Shown here: piece by piece, positions 22,985 to 34,199 of the stretch | Layout: each line of letters starts with the position of its first letter | How positions within the stretch are numbered: position 1 is the first letter of the stretch | NCBI RefSeq assembly: GCF_902713615.1 | Contig: NC_052149.1 | Coordinates: 125,987,256-126,051,255 of the forward strand | Direction of reading: 5' to 3' | Origin: Scyliorhinus canicula | Lineage: Eukaryota | Length of the DNA: 64,000 bases | Position numbers and translations under genes: made by a program | The notes under the pieces: model-generated | Database searches by the model: none | What the model saw: the letters and a program-made list of their open reading frames with translations, nothing else | Told to the model about the DNA's origin: nothing

Positions 22985-23299
22985 TTCTTCTCTCTCACTC
23001 ACTCCCTCCCTCAGTATCTGTCCCTCAGTCTCTGCTCTCTCTCTCTCTCTTCCTGTCTCTTTTCTCCTGTGTCAGTTTCCCACTTTCTGCCTCTGACTCT
23101 CCCTCTCTCTGACTGTCTCTATGTATTCTCTTTCCTTTTTCTCTCTTTTTGTCCATCTCTCTCACTCTTTCTTTCTCTCTCTCTCTCTCAGTATCCCTCT
23201 ATCTCTCTGTACCATTCTCCATCATCCTGCAATTCTCCAACTGATCTCTGTAACTGGTGTCATTATTGGAGATTGGAACACTTTAAGTACTTGTGCAGC

Positions 23300-24420
23300 A
23301 GTTAAATGCTTCCCTCTCTCTCTCTCTGTCAGTCTGCCCCTCGCTCTCTCTTTCCCACACTCTCCCAGGTGGATCACAGTTAAATGCTTCCCTCTCTCTC
23401 TCTCTCTCTGTCAGTCTGCCCCTCGCTCTCTCTTTCCCACATTCTCCCAGGTGGATCACAGTTAAATGCTTCCCTCTCTCTCTCTGTCACAGTCTGCTCC
23501 TCGCTCTCTCTTTCCCACACTCTCCCAGGTGGATCACAGTTAAATGCTTCCCTCTCTCTCTCTCTGTCACAGTCTGCCCCTCACTATCTCTTTCCCACAC
23601 TTTCCCAGGTGGATCACAGTTAAATGCTTCCCTCTCTCTCTGTCACAGTCTGCCCCTCGCTCTCTCTTTCCCACACTTTCCCAGGTGGATCACAGTTAAA
23701 AGCTTCCCCCCCCCCCGTCCCCCCTCTCTCTCTATCACAGTCTGCTCCTCGCTCTCTCTTTCCCACACTCTCCCAGGTGGATCACAGTTAAATGCTTCCC
23801 TCTCTCTCTCTGTCACAGTCTGCCCCTCACTCTCTCTTTCCCATACTCTCCCAGGTGGATCACAGTTAAATGCTCCCCCCTCTCTCTCTGTCACAGTCTG
23901 CTCCTCGCTCTCTCTTTCCCACACTCTCCCAGGTGGATCACAGTTAAATGCTTCCCCCTCTCTCTCTGTCACAGTCTGTTCCTCGCTCTCTCTTTCCCAC
24001 ACTCTCCCAGGTGGATCACAGTTAAATGCTTCCCTCTCTCTCTCGGTCACAGTCTGTTCCTCGCTCTCTCTATCCCACACTCTCCCAGGTGGATCACAGT
24101 TAAATGCTTCCCTCTCTCTCTCTGTCACAGTCTGTTCCTCGCTCTCTCTTTCCCACACTCTCCCAGGTGGATCACAGTTAAATGCTTCCCTCTCTCTCTC
24201 ACTCTGTCAGTCTGTTCCTCGCTCTCTCTATCCCACGCTCTCCCAGGTGGATCACAGTTAAATGCTTCCCTCTCTCTCTCACTCTGTCAGTCTGTTCCTC
24301 GCTCTCTCTATCCCACACTCTCCCAGGTGGATCACAGTTAAATGCTTCCCTCTCTCTCTCTCGGTCACAGTCTGCTCCTCGCTCTCTCTTTCCCACACTC
24401 TCCCAGGTGGATCATAGTTA
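23300..24420. repeat. ~60-bp pyrimidine-rich minisatellite, about 19 copies, directly upstream of the V promoter
   Basis: Unit ctctcccaggtggatcacagttaaatgcttcc(ct)n...gtcacagtctgctcctcgctctctctttcccaca. Confidence 0.95.
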
Positions 24421-24864
24421 AATGTAGGATAAATCTTCCTCTGCTCTGCGTCAACAATGGAGGTTAACTCTTGACCCCAGAAGCATATCTTCTGAAGTAA
24501 GGCCCCATTTCCCACATTGACCATGCTGTGGCCTTGCTCAGTCAGACTGACAGATCATTGTCAGATTAAGGGTAGTTCTGTGCTGTTGGTCTATTCTCAC
24601 TGGGCACTGGTTCAGACACAATATTTAATGAAGGCCCAGCAGAGAGAGGATATCCTCACCCCATTAGTGTGAGCTGGAGGGACAGAGACTGAGCCACTGA
24701 TGCATCCTGTCCATTCAGAGCACATTCAGACCCCTTCCCCCCTCCTTCCCCTTCCATGGTCAGTCTCTGGGTCCTGGTGTTTAACTGGGATGAGGGTTGG
24801 ATAACCACACATTTACAACATAAAGGAACCATCCTCCTTATCGACCATGGTGTCCATGTCTTAA

Positions 24865-26315
24865 CTGACCCTCCAATCCGGACCAGTAAACATGGGCCTC
24901 CTTCCCACTGACCCTCCAATAGGGACCAGTAAACATGAGCCTCCTTCCCACTGACCCTCCAATAGGGACCAGTAAACATAGGCCTCCTTCCAACTGACCC
25001 TCCAATAGGGACCAGTTAACATGGGCCTCCTTCCCACTGGACCCTCCAATAGGGACCAGTAAACATGGGCCTCCTTCCCACTGGGCTCTCCAATAGGGAC
25101 AAGTAAACATAGGCCTCCTTCCCACTGGACCCTCCAATAGGGACCAGTAAACATGGGCCTCCTTCCCACTGGACCTCCAATAGGGACCAGTAAACATGGG
25201 CCTCCTTCCCACTGGGCCCTCCAATAGGGACCAGTAAACATGGGCCTTCTTCCCACTGGATCCTTCAATAGGGACCAGTAAACATGGGCCTCCTTCCCAC
25301 TGGACCCTCCAATAGGGACCAGTAAACATAGGCCTCCTTCCAACTGACCCTCCAATAGGGACCAGTTAACATGGGCCTCCTTCCCACTGGACCCTCCAAT
25401 AGGGACCAGTAAACATGGGCCTCCTTCCCACTGGACCCTCCAATAGGGACCAGTAAACATGGACCTCCTTCCCACTGGATCCTCCAATAGGGACCAGTAA
25501 ACATGGGCCTTCCTTCCCACTGGGCCCTCCAATAGGGACCAGTAAACATAGGCCTCCTTCCCACTGACCCTCCAATAGGGACCAGTTAACATGGGCCTCC
25601 TTCCCACTGGACCCTCCAATAGGGACCAGTAAACATGGGCCTCCTTCCCACTGGACCTCCAATAGGGACCAGTAAACATGGGCCTCCTTCCCACTGGGCC
25701 CTCCAATAGGGACCAGTAAACATGGGCCTTCTTCCCACTGGATCCTTCAATAGGGACCAGTAAACATGGGCCTCCTTCCCACTGGATCCTCCAATAGGGA
25801 CCAGTAAACATAGGCCTCCTTCCAACTGACCCTCCAATAGGGACCAGTTAACATGGGCCTCCTTCCCACTGGACCCTCCAATAGGGACCAGTAAACATGG
25901 GCCTCCTTCCCACTGGGCTCTCCAATAGGGACAAGTAAACATAGGCCTCCTTCCCACTGGACCCTCCAATAGGGACCAGTAAACATGGGCCTCCTTCCCA
26001 CTGGACCTCCAATAGGGACCAGTAAACATGGGCCTCCTTCCCACTGGGCCCTCCAATAGGGACCAGTAAACATGGGCCTCCTTCCCACTGGATCCTTCAA
26101 TAGGGACCAGTAAACATGGGACTCCTTCCCACTGGATCCTCCAATAGGGACCAGTAAACATGGGCCTTATTCCCACTGGGCCCTCCAATAGGGACCAGTA
26201 AACATGGGCCTCCTTCCCACTGGACCCTCCAATAGGGACCAGTAAACATGGGCCTTCTTCCCACTGGACCCTCCAATAGGGACCAGTAAACATGGGCCTC
26301 CTTCCCACTGGACCT
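24865..26315. repeat. 43-45-bp minisatellite, about 33 copies
   Basis: Unit ggaccctccaatagggaccagtaaacatgggcctccttcccact; period of 44 measured from 25021 to 25065. Confidence 0.97.
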
Positions 26316-26374
26316 CCTCTGAGCTTCAAGTCCACATCCTCTCCATCACGGAGGCCCCTAATTTCCATATCCAC

Positions 26375-26678
26375 TGATGTGACCATCAATTCATGAGACA
26401 CGTGGTTGGAAGTGAACAGTGGTTTTAATAGTCTTACAACAGAGGCTGCCTGCGACGTGATGAACTGGCAGGCAGGCTCACGACTGCAAAGCTTTATACT
26501 TCCGGTTAGTGGAAGGAGCCATGGGCGGAACCATGGGCGGAGCCAAAGGTGGAGCCCAGTACAATCTCCTCATCTCCCCCTATGGGCAGAGCCGCGCAAC
26601 TGCTCGTATACCGAGCTTACATGAATACAACACGTCATATAACAACAGTGTGAATTAAGAGGAGTGTGATTCACCACA
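26375..26678 (-). mobile_element. Solo LTR, Gypsy (841/49868 family)
   Basis: TG...CA ends and a perfect 5-bp TSD TCCAC. Confidence 0.9.
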
Positions 26679-27445
26679 TCCACAACGTTGTCCGTCTCTA
26701 CACTACATCAGCCCCTTGAGCACAGAACCCCTTATTCCGGCTTGTCCTGCCTTCTAACTCTATTATTCTGATATCCTCTCCTGGCTTCCTTTATTCACAC
26801 TCCCCATCCTGTCCCAAATCCAGTGGGTCTGTACCCTGTCACGCACAAACTGTTACCCCAGCAGTACCCCTGATCTCACTGACCTATTACCCCTAACCTC
26901 ATGAAAACATTGAAACATAGAAAATAGGTGGAGTGGGCCATTCGGCCCTTCAAGCCTGCACCACCATTCAATATGATCATTGCTGATTATGCAAATTCAG
27001 AATTCCACTCCCGCTTTCTCTCCATACCCCTTGATCCCTTTAGCTGCAAGGGCCACGTCTAGTTATCTCTTGAATATATCCAACGAACTGAACCCAACAG
27101 CTTTCTGTGGTAGAGGATTCCACAAGTTCACAACTCTCGGAGAGAAGCAGCTCTTCCTCATATCAGACCTGAATGGCTGCCCCTTATTCTCAGGCTGTGA
27201 CCCCTTGTTCTGGACGTCCCGAACATCGGGAACATTCTTCCCACATCCAGCCTGTCCAGTCTCATTAGGATTTTATATGTTTCTATGAATTCCCTCTCAG
27301 TCTTCTAAACTCCAGTACAAGCCCAGTCTTTCTTCAGTCCTGCCATCCCGGGAATTAGCCTTCGCTGTACACCCTCAATAGCAAGAATGTCCTTCCTCAA
27401 ACCAGGAGACCAAAACTGCACGCATTACTCAAAGCATGTCCTCAC

Positions 27446-27675
27446 ATAGGGCAGCACGGTGGCCTAGTGGTTAGCACAACCGCCTCACGGCGCTGAGGTC
27501 CCAGGTTCGATCCCGGTTCTGGGTCACTGTCCGTGTGGAGTTTGCACATTCTCCCCGTGTCTGCGTGGGTTTCGCCCCCACAACCCAAAAATGTGCAGAG
27601 TAGGTGGATTGGCCACGCTAAATTGCCCCTTAATTGAAAAAAAAAATAATTGGGTAGTCTAAATTTAAAAAAAAA
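27446..27675 (+). mobile_element. tRNA-derived SINE, poly(A) tail, 15-bp TSD
   Basis: TSD AAAGCATGTCCTCAC at 27431-27445 and 27676-27690. Confidence 0.9.
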
Positions 27676-27742
27676 AAAGCATGTCCTCACCAAGGTCCTG
27701 TATAACTGCAGCAAGGCTTCCCTGCTCCTATACTCAAATAAT

Positions 27743-28080
27743 GGGGCAGCACGGTAGCATGGTGGTTAGCATAAATGCTTCACAGCTCCAGGGTTCCAGG
27801 TTCGATTCCCGGCTGGGTCACTGTCTGTGTGGAGTCTGCATGTCCTCCCCGTGTGTGCGTGGGTTTCCTCCGGGTGCTCCGGTTTCCTCCCACAGTCCAA
27901 AGATGTGCGGGTTAGGTGGATTGGCCATGCTAAATTGCCCGTAGTGTCCTAAAAAGTAGGGGGGGGGGGGGCGTTGTTGGGTTACGGGTATAGGGTGGAT
28001 ACGTGGGTTTGAGGTGATCATTGCTCGGCACAACATCGAGGGCCAAAGGACCTGTTCTGTGCTGTACTGTTCTATTCTAT
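27743..28080 (+). mobile_element. tRNA-derived SINE with CR1-type tail (closely similar to 56982-57325)
   Basis: Ends cctgttctgtgctgtactgttctattctat. Confidence 0.9.
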
Positions 28081-28430
28081 AATTTTGCCATAAAGGCCAG
28101 CATACCATTAGCTTTCCTCACCGCCTGCTGTACCTGCATGCCGACCTTCAGCTACCGTTCCACCATGACATCCAGGTCTCGTTGCACTTTTCCTAAAGTG
28201 CCATCATTCAGAGAGTAATCTGCTTTTCTGTTTTTGCCACCGAAGTGCATAATCTCATATTACCCACATTATATTGCATTTGTCAAGTATTTGCCCACTC
28301 AGCCAGCCTGTCTCGGTTACCCTGCAGCCTCTTTGCATTTTCCTCACGGCACACAGTCACCCAGCTTAGTGTTGTCTGCAAATTTAGAGATATTGCATGC
28401 AAATCTTATTTCAATATCATTAATGTATAT

Positions 28431-29362
28431 TGACCTGTTACCCCTAACCTCACTGACCTGTTACCCCAGACCTCATTGACCTGTTACCCCTAACCTCATT
28501 GACCTGTTACCCCTAACCGCACTGACCTGTTACCCCTAACCTCACTGACCTGTTACCCCTAACCTCACTGACCTTGGGCGGAATTATCCGACCCCCCGCA
28601 GGGTCAGGGAATTGCCTGGGGCCGGTGTAAATCCCACCCCCGCCGTGGCCGGAATTCTCTGCCACCCGGGAATCGACAGGGGCGGGAATCACGCCCTGCC
28701 GGTCGGCGGGCCCCCTGCAGCGATTCTTCGGCCCGGGATGGGCTGAAGTCCCGCCGCTGTCAGGCCTCTCCCGCCGACGTGGTTTAAACCACCTCTGTGC
28801 CGGCGGGATTGGTGGCACGGGCAGGCCCCCGGGGTCCCGGGGGGGGGGGGGGGGGGGGGGGGGGGCGCGGGGCGATCGGACATCGGGGGTGCCCCCACGG
28901 TGGCTTGGCCCTTGATCGGGGCCCACCGATCGGTGGGCGGGCCTGGGCCGCGGGGGCACTCTTTTTCTTCCGCCGCCGCCACGGCCTCCACCATGGAGGA
29001 GGCGGAAGAGACACCCTCCACCGTGCATGCGGCAGTGGTGACGTCAGCGGCCACTGATGCTCCGGCGCATGCGCGGACTCATGCCGACCGGCGAAGGCCT
29101 ATCGGCCTGCCCCGATGCCGGGCGGCGTGGCGCCAAAGGCAGTTGGCGGAGCGGGAGCCACTCCGGCGCGGGCCTAGCCCCTAAAGGTGCGGAGAATTCT
29201 GAACCTTTGGGGAGGCCCGACGCCGGAGTGGTTGGCGCCACTCCGCTACGCCGGGACCCCCCCCGCCCCGCCGGGTAGGGGAGAATTTCGCCCATGTTTC
29301 CCGGGTGCCTGTGACCTATTACCCCAGACCTCACTGAACTGTTACCCCTTACCTCACTGACC
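28431..29362. repeat. 23-bp minisatellite (cctcactgacctgttacccctaa) interrupted by a MITE
   Basis: About 6 copies before 28576 and 2-3 after 29310, with a related unit at 26871-26902. Confidence 0.85.
28576..29293. mobile_element. Harbinger-like MITE
   Basis: TIRs gggcggaattatcc / ggagaatttcgccc. Confidence 0.8.
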
Positions 29363-30128
29363 CACAATCTCTGTCCTCCAATTACCTTCATGGAAGCGTC
29401 ATTCCTCCCTACCCTTGTGTTCTGCTGCAGACTCACATTGTCTCCCTCACCCCTCCATCTTCTGACTCTGGTCTCCTGCCCATCGCTGTTTGCTTCATCC
29501 CACCATTGGCAGCAGAGCTTTCAGATGCCTTGGCTCTGCTCTCTGAACTCTGACCTTTAATCTCTTCCCCTCTCCTGGCTTCTTTTTTCTCCATCAAACT
29601 TAATCTGTTCACCTCAGCCTTTTATCAATCTTCCTAAGGTCCCCCCAACCCCTTCCCCGCTACTCTTACTGCCTCTCTGTGAAATATCCTGGGATGTTTT
29701 TACACATTAAGGCGCTAGATATATTCAGGATGCGAGTAAATTCTGGGTGGGGACAAAAGGGGACAAAATGGTGATGGATCTTGCAGTCAAATATCCTGCT
29801 GAGAGGGTCCAGAATGCCACACACAAAATAGGGAAGTAGGGTGGAGTTTTTTTAATGTTTCCATTTCTGGGACTTGGGGGTCACGATCCAGAACAGCTTT
29901 CATTGCCCATCCCTAATTCTCCTTGGAAAGGTGCTTGAACCGCTGCAGGCCCTTTGGTGTAGGAACATCCACTGTGCAGTTAGGGAGGGAGTTCCAGGAC
30001 TTTGACCCAGTGATAGTGAAGGAACGGCGATATATTTCCAAGTCAGAATGGTGAGTAACTTGGAGGGGAACTTACAGATGATGGTGCTCCACTTATCTGC
30101 TGCCCTTGTCTCTCTAGATGTCTCTCTT

Positions 30129-30431
30129 TGATGTACCATCAATCGGACTCGAGTCGTGAAGAAGTTCCAAATATCAGGCTTTAATGAACTAGTTGTGTGC
30201 CCGGCAGTCGACTTACAGAGAAAGGCCGACTGCCGGCTGTTACGGGTTCTTATACCCCGCCTCGTAGGAGGGGCTACCGGCCTCTCGGCCAATCGGCGAG
30301 CAGTCACATGACTAGCCTCAGCCAATTGGCAGAGAGGTACATGACCTGCCTGAGCCAATGGGCAGCGAGACCTCTGCACCAATGGCAGCACTGCTCTGAG
30401 GTACCGTAAACCTCCCAGTCATACCACCACA
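30129..30431 (-). mobile_element. Solo LTR (Gypsy, related to 6735-7003)
   Basis: tgatgtaccatcaat...ccaccaca, with reverse-complement similarity to 6735-6820. The TSD is not clean. Confidence 0.8.
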
Positions 30432-30736
30432 GATGGTAGAGGTCATGAGTTTGGAAGGTGTTGCCTGAGTAAACTTGGTGAGTTTCTGCAGGGCATCTTG
30501 TAGATGGTACACACAGCAGCTACTGTGCGTCGGTGGTGGAGGGAGTGATTGTTTTATGGAAGGGCTGTTAATCAAGCGGCTACTTTGTCCTGGATGGTGT
30601 CGAGCTTCTTGAGTGTTGTTAGAGCTGCACTCACCCAGGCAAGTAGAGAGTATCACACTCCTGACTTGTGCCTTTTGGTATCTCTCACCTCACCTCTGGC
30701 ATTCAGCTCTTTTGTCCATGTTTGAACCAAGGCTGT

Positions 30737-31637
30737 TGTAAATGTCCTTCCTGTTTATTCCTTTACTTCCCCTTTCTTTTATTTTTGCTATTACATCTTT
30801 AATCCATAGATAATTTATGGACCTGTCTCTTTAAGGAAAGTGGCCTGTGCCTTTAATTTGAACAGAAGAATCCAGAAAAGACTGCTGATTGCAGATTGGC
30901 CAGTGTCAGTGATGACTCGGTTTGACCGATTTGGCTGGTGGCCAATAAATGACCCCAAAAGGCCGTGTTCTGCCCGGTAACAGGTTGTGCTTGGATCTGT
31001 TCCCACTGAAATGGCTCAGAGACCTAATGTGGTTTCAGTTTCGCGATGGAAGGTGAGAGATAAAACTTATCTTTTTTGCATTTTGTTCCAGAAATAACCA
31101 CCAAATTCTCACCAAATGCCCACTTTGGGAATCAGCTCTCGCTGCAGAAAAGGCTGATGTGAAGCCAGGCGCCTGGGCTGGAAAAGCTGTGAGTAAGGTC
31201 TACTGCTGAACGGCAAAGAAGATAATTGCGAGCTGTAGTTCAGCAACGTTAATCCACACTCATACTGTGAAGAAAGTACATTAAAGAACTCATCATCTGA
31301 AGCAAGGACTCTTATCTTTTGATCTGAAGGCTTATTATTGTAACTCCTTTCCACCCCTCTGTGCTTGTTTGTCTAGTGTGTGTGGGTGGAGGGTGGGACG
31401 GTTAAAGGAGGAGTCAGGTGCTAACATGTCATTAAGCAACTGTGTTTACTGCATATTTCATATTTGTCCTTGTTATAAATAAAAAGTAATTGTGAATAAA
31501 CTTACAAACCTGGTGACTGTAATTATCAGATAGCCAAAGGCCAAATGTTTTGGGTATCTTTATGAGAATTATTGGTTAATTCACTTGTGTTGTGACTCTG
31601 GGCATGTGGGGCTGGAATTGACCGTGCACTTGCCCAG
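30737..31637 (+). mobile_element. Solo LTR, ~0.9 kb (family shared with 55716-56952)
   Basis: Inserted in LINE sequence aaggc|tgtaatg. The 3' ~170 bp (ttataaataaa...caaacctggtg...ggggctggaattgac) matches the reverse complement of 55720-55890. Confidence 0.75.
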
Positions 31638-34199
31638 TGTAATGAGGTCAGGAGCTGAGTGACCCTGGCACAACCCAAACTGGGCGTCCGTGAGCAGGTT
31701 ATTGTGAAGTAAGTACCACTTGATAGCACTGTTGATGACCCCTTCCATCAATTGACTGATGATTGAGAGTAGACTGATGGGGAGGTAATTGTCCTATTTC
31801 TTGTGGGCTGGATATGCCTGGGCAAGTTTCCACATTGCTGTACTGGAACAGCTTGGCTAGGGGTGCGGCAAGTTCTTGAGCACAAGTCGTCAGTACTATT
31901 GCTGGAATATTTACAGGGCACACAGCCTGTGCAGTATCCAGGGCCTTCAGCCATTTCTTGATATCACGTGGAGTGAATCGAATTGGGTGAAGATTGATAT
32001 CTGTGATGCTGCAGACCTCTGGAGGAGACCGAGACGGATCATCCACTTGGCACTTCTGGCTGAACATTATTGCGAATGTTTGATCCTTGTTTTTTGCACA
32101 GATGTGCTGAGTTCCCACATCATTAAGGGTGGAGATATTTTGGAACCTCCTCCTCCAGCGGGATGTTTAATTATCCACCACCATTAACAACTGGATGTGG
32201 CAGGACGGTAGAGCTTAAATATGATCCATTGGTTGTGGGATCGCTTAGCTCTGTCTGTCACTTGCTGCGTGTGCTGTTTGGTAGCTTCCCCAGGTTGACA
32301 CCCCATTTTTCGGTCTGCCTGGTGCTGCTCCTTGTGTCCTCCTGCACTCTTCATTGAACCAGGGTTGACCCCCTGGGTTGGTGATAATGGTCGAGTGAGG
32401 AATATGTTGGGCCTTGAGGTAACAGACTGTGGTTGAATACAATTCTGTTGCTGCTGATGGCCCACAGCATCTCACGGGTGCCCAATCTTGAGTTGCTTGA
32501 TCCCTTTGAAGTCTATCCCATTTTGCATGGCAGTAGTGCCACACATGATGCAGGGTTCCTCAATGTGAAGATGGGACTTTATCCCTGCGTGTGGTGGTCA
32601 CTCCTACCAATACTGTCATGGACAGATGTATCTGTGGCAGGCAGGTTGGTGAGGATGAGGTCAAGTATGTTTGTCCCTCTTGTTGGTTCCCTCACCACCT
32701 GCTGCAGTCCCAGTCTAGCAGCTATGTCCTTTATAACTCTGGCCAGCTCGGTCTGTGGCAGTACTACTGAGCCACTCTTGGTGATGGACATTGAACGTCC
32801 CAGAAAACAATTGCCCCATTTCCTCAGTGCTACTTCCAATTAGTGTTCAACATGGTGGAGTTCTGATTCATAAACTGCAGTCGATGGTAACCAGCAGGAG
32901 GTTTCCTTGTCCATGTTTGACCTGGTACCATGAAGCTACATGGAGTCTGGATTCAATGTTGAGGATTCCCAGGGTGACTCCCTCCAGACTGTATCCCACT
33001 GTGTCACCACCTCTGCTGGGTCTGTCCTGCCGGTGAGACAGGACATACCCAGGGATGGTGATGGTGGTGTCTGGGACATTATCTGTAAGGTATGATTCTG
33101 TGGGTGTGACTATGTCAGGCTGTTGCTGACTAGTCTGTGGGACAGCTCTCCCAATTCTAACACAAGCCCCCAGATATCAGGAAGGAGGACTTTGCAGGGT
33201 CGACAGGGCTGGGTTTGCTGTTGTTGTTTCCGGGGTCTATGTCGATGTCGGGTGGTCTGTTCGGTTTCATTCCTTTTAGAATTTTCAGCGATTTGATACA
33301 ACTGAGTGGCTATTTCAGAGTCAACCACATTGCTGTGGGTCTGGAGTCACATGTAGGCCAGACCAGGTAAGGACGGCAGATTCCCTGCCCTAAAGGACAT
33401 TAGTGAACCAGACGGGTATGTGCGACAATCGACAATGTTTCATGGTCACCATTACTGAGACAAGCTTTTAATTCCAGATTTATTCATTGAATTAATTGAA
33501 TTTAAATTCCACCAGCTGCCATGGTGGGATTTGAACCTGTGACCAGAGCATTAGCCTGGGCCTCTGGATTACTAGTCCAGTGACATTACCACTACACCAC
33601 GGCCTCCCCCACATTGTGCTGTGGGGCTCCATGGAACTGTATCCCAGCATGGAGTGTCCCTCAGGAGGGGAGAGGGAATGTTCGGAGCCCTGAGCTCCAT
33701 TTCCCAGCCCAGGCATTTTGTCTTCCAATGAATGAATGAGATGCCAATTTGGAGCCAGGTTAGGGACAGTCTCGTGCTGTGGACCCAGGCCTACAAGAGG
33801 CAATTGGAGATATCCCTGAAAGGGAAAGATTGGCTGGGTTATGGGGATAGAGAGGGGGAGTGGGACTAATTGGGTAAGTCACAGCACGATGGGCAGAATG
33901 GCCTCCTTCTGTGCTGGAAGATTCGAGGCAGTGGACACGGTTCACAGTTTTCTCCCGTGTCAGTAACAAACATCCAGCTGCTCTGAGCCCCTTCTTTCAC
34001 TTCCTCTGTTGGTTACGTTTCAATCTTCCGATCTGACAGTCTTTGCTGTTATTTTTTACACTGGGGGTTTCTGCTGTGGTCTGAATCTCTAACAATAACT
34101 GTCCAATCAGTGACAAGAACAGCAGCTAAGAGCAGTCAGGACTGAGGAGCCAGGCTCACTGGGAAACACATTGGGAAGATCAAAGCCATCGTCTTCAGC

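Larger units (their letters stand above)
26905..28430 (-). mobile_element. CR1 LINE 3' portion with two nested SINEs
   Basis: CR1 3' end catagaaacatagaa-like, with RT sequence (KFADNTKLG-like at about 28370). Confidence 0.8.
29880..33605 (-). mobile_element. CR1/L2-group LINE with a tRNA-like 5' head and an apparently single EN-RT ORF, decayed, with two LTR insertions
   Basis: EN start (IWGLVLELGELSHRLV, then ESYLTDNVPDTTITIPGYVLSHRQDRPSRGG) about 150 bp after the SINE-like head. RT-like LAAPLAKLFQYS; 3' end ttagggatgggcaat. Confidence 0.75.

Noticed and set aside
23293-26401. Repetitive ORFs, and a possible CRISPR-like repeat-spacer pattern
   Set aside because: The units are head-to-tail with no unique spacers, the DNA is eukaryotic, and there are no cas genes.
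26989-28404. Two perfect octamers (ATGCAAAT at 26989 and 28397)
   Set aside because: Both are inside a CR1 copy, and their number matches chance expectation.
28431-29362. Interstitial telomeric repeat
   Set aside because: There is only one CCCTAA per 23-bp unit, not a (TTAGGG)n array.
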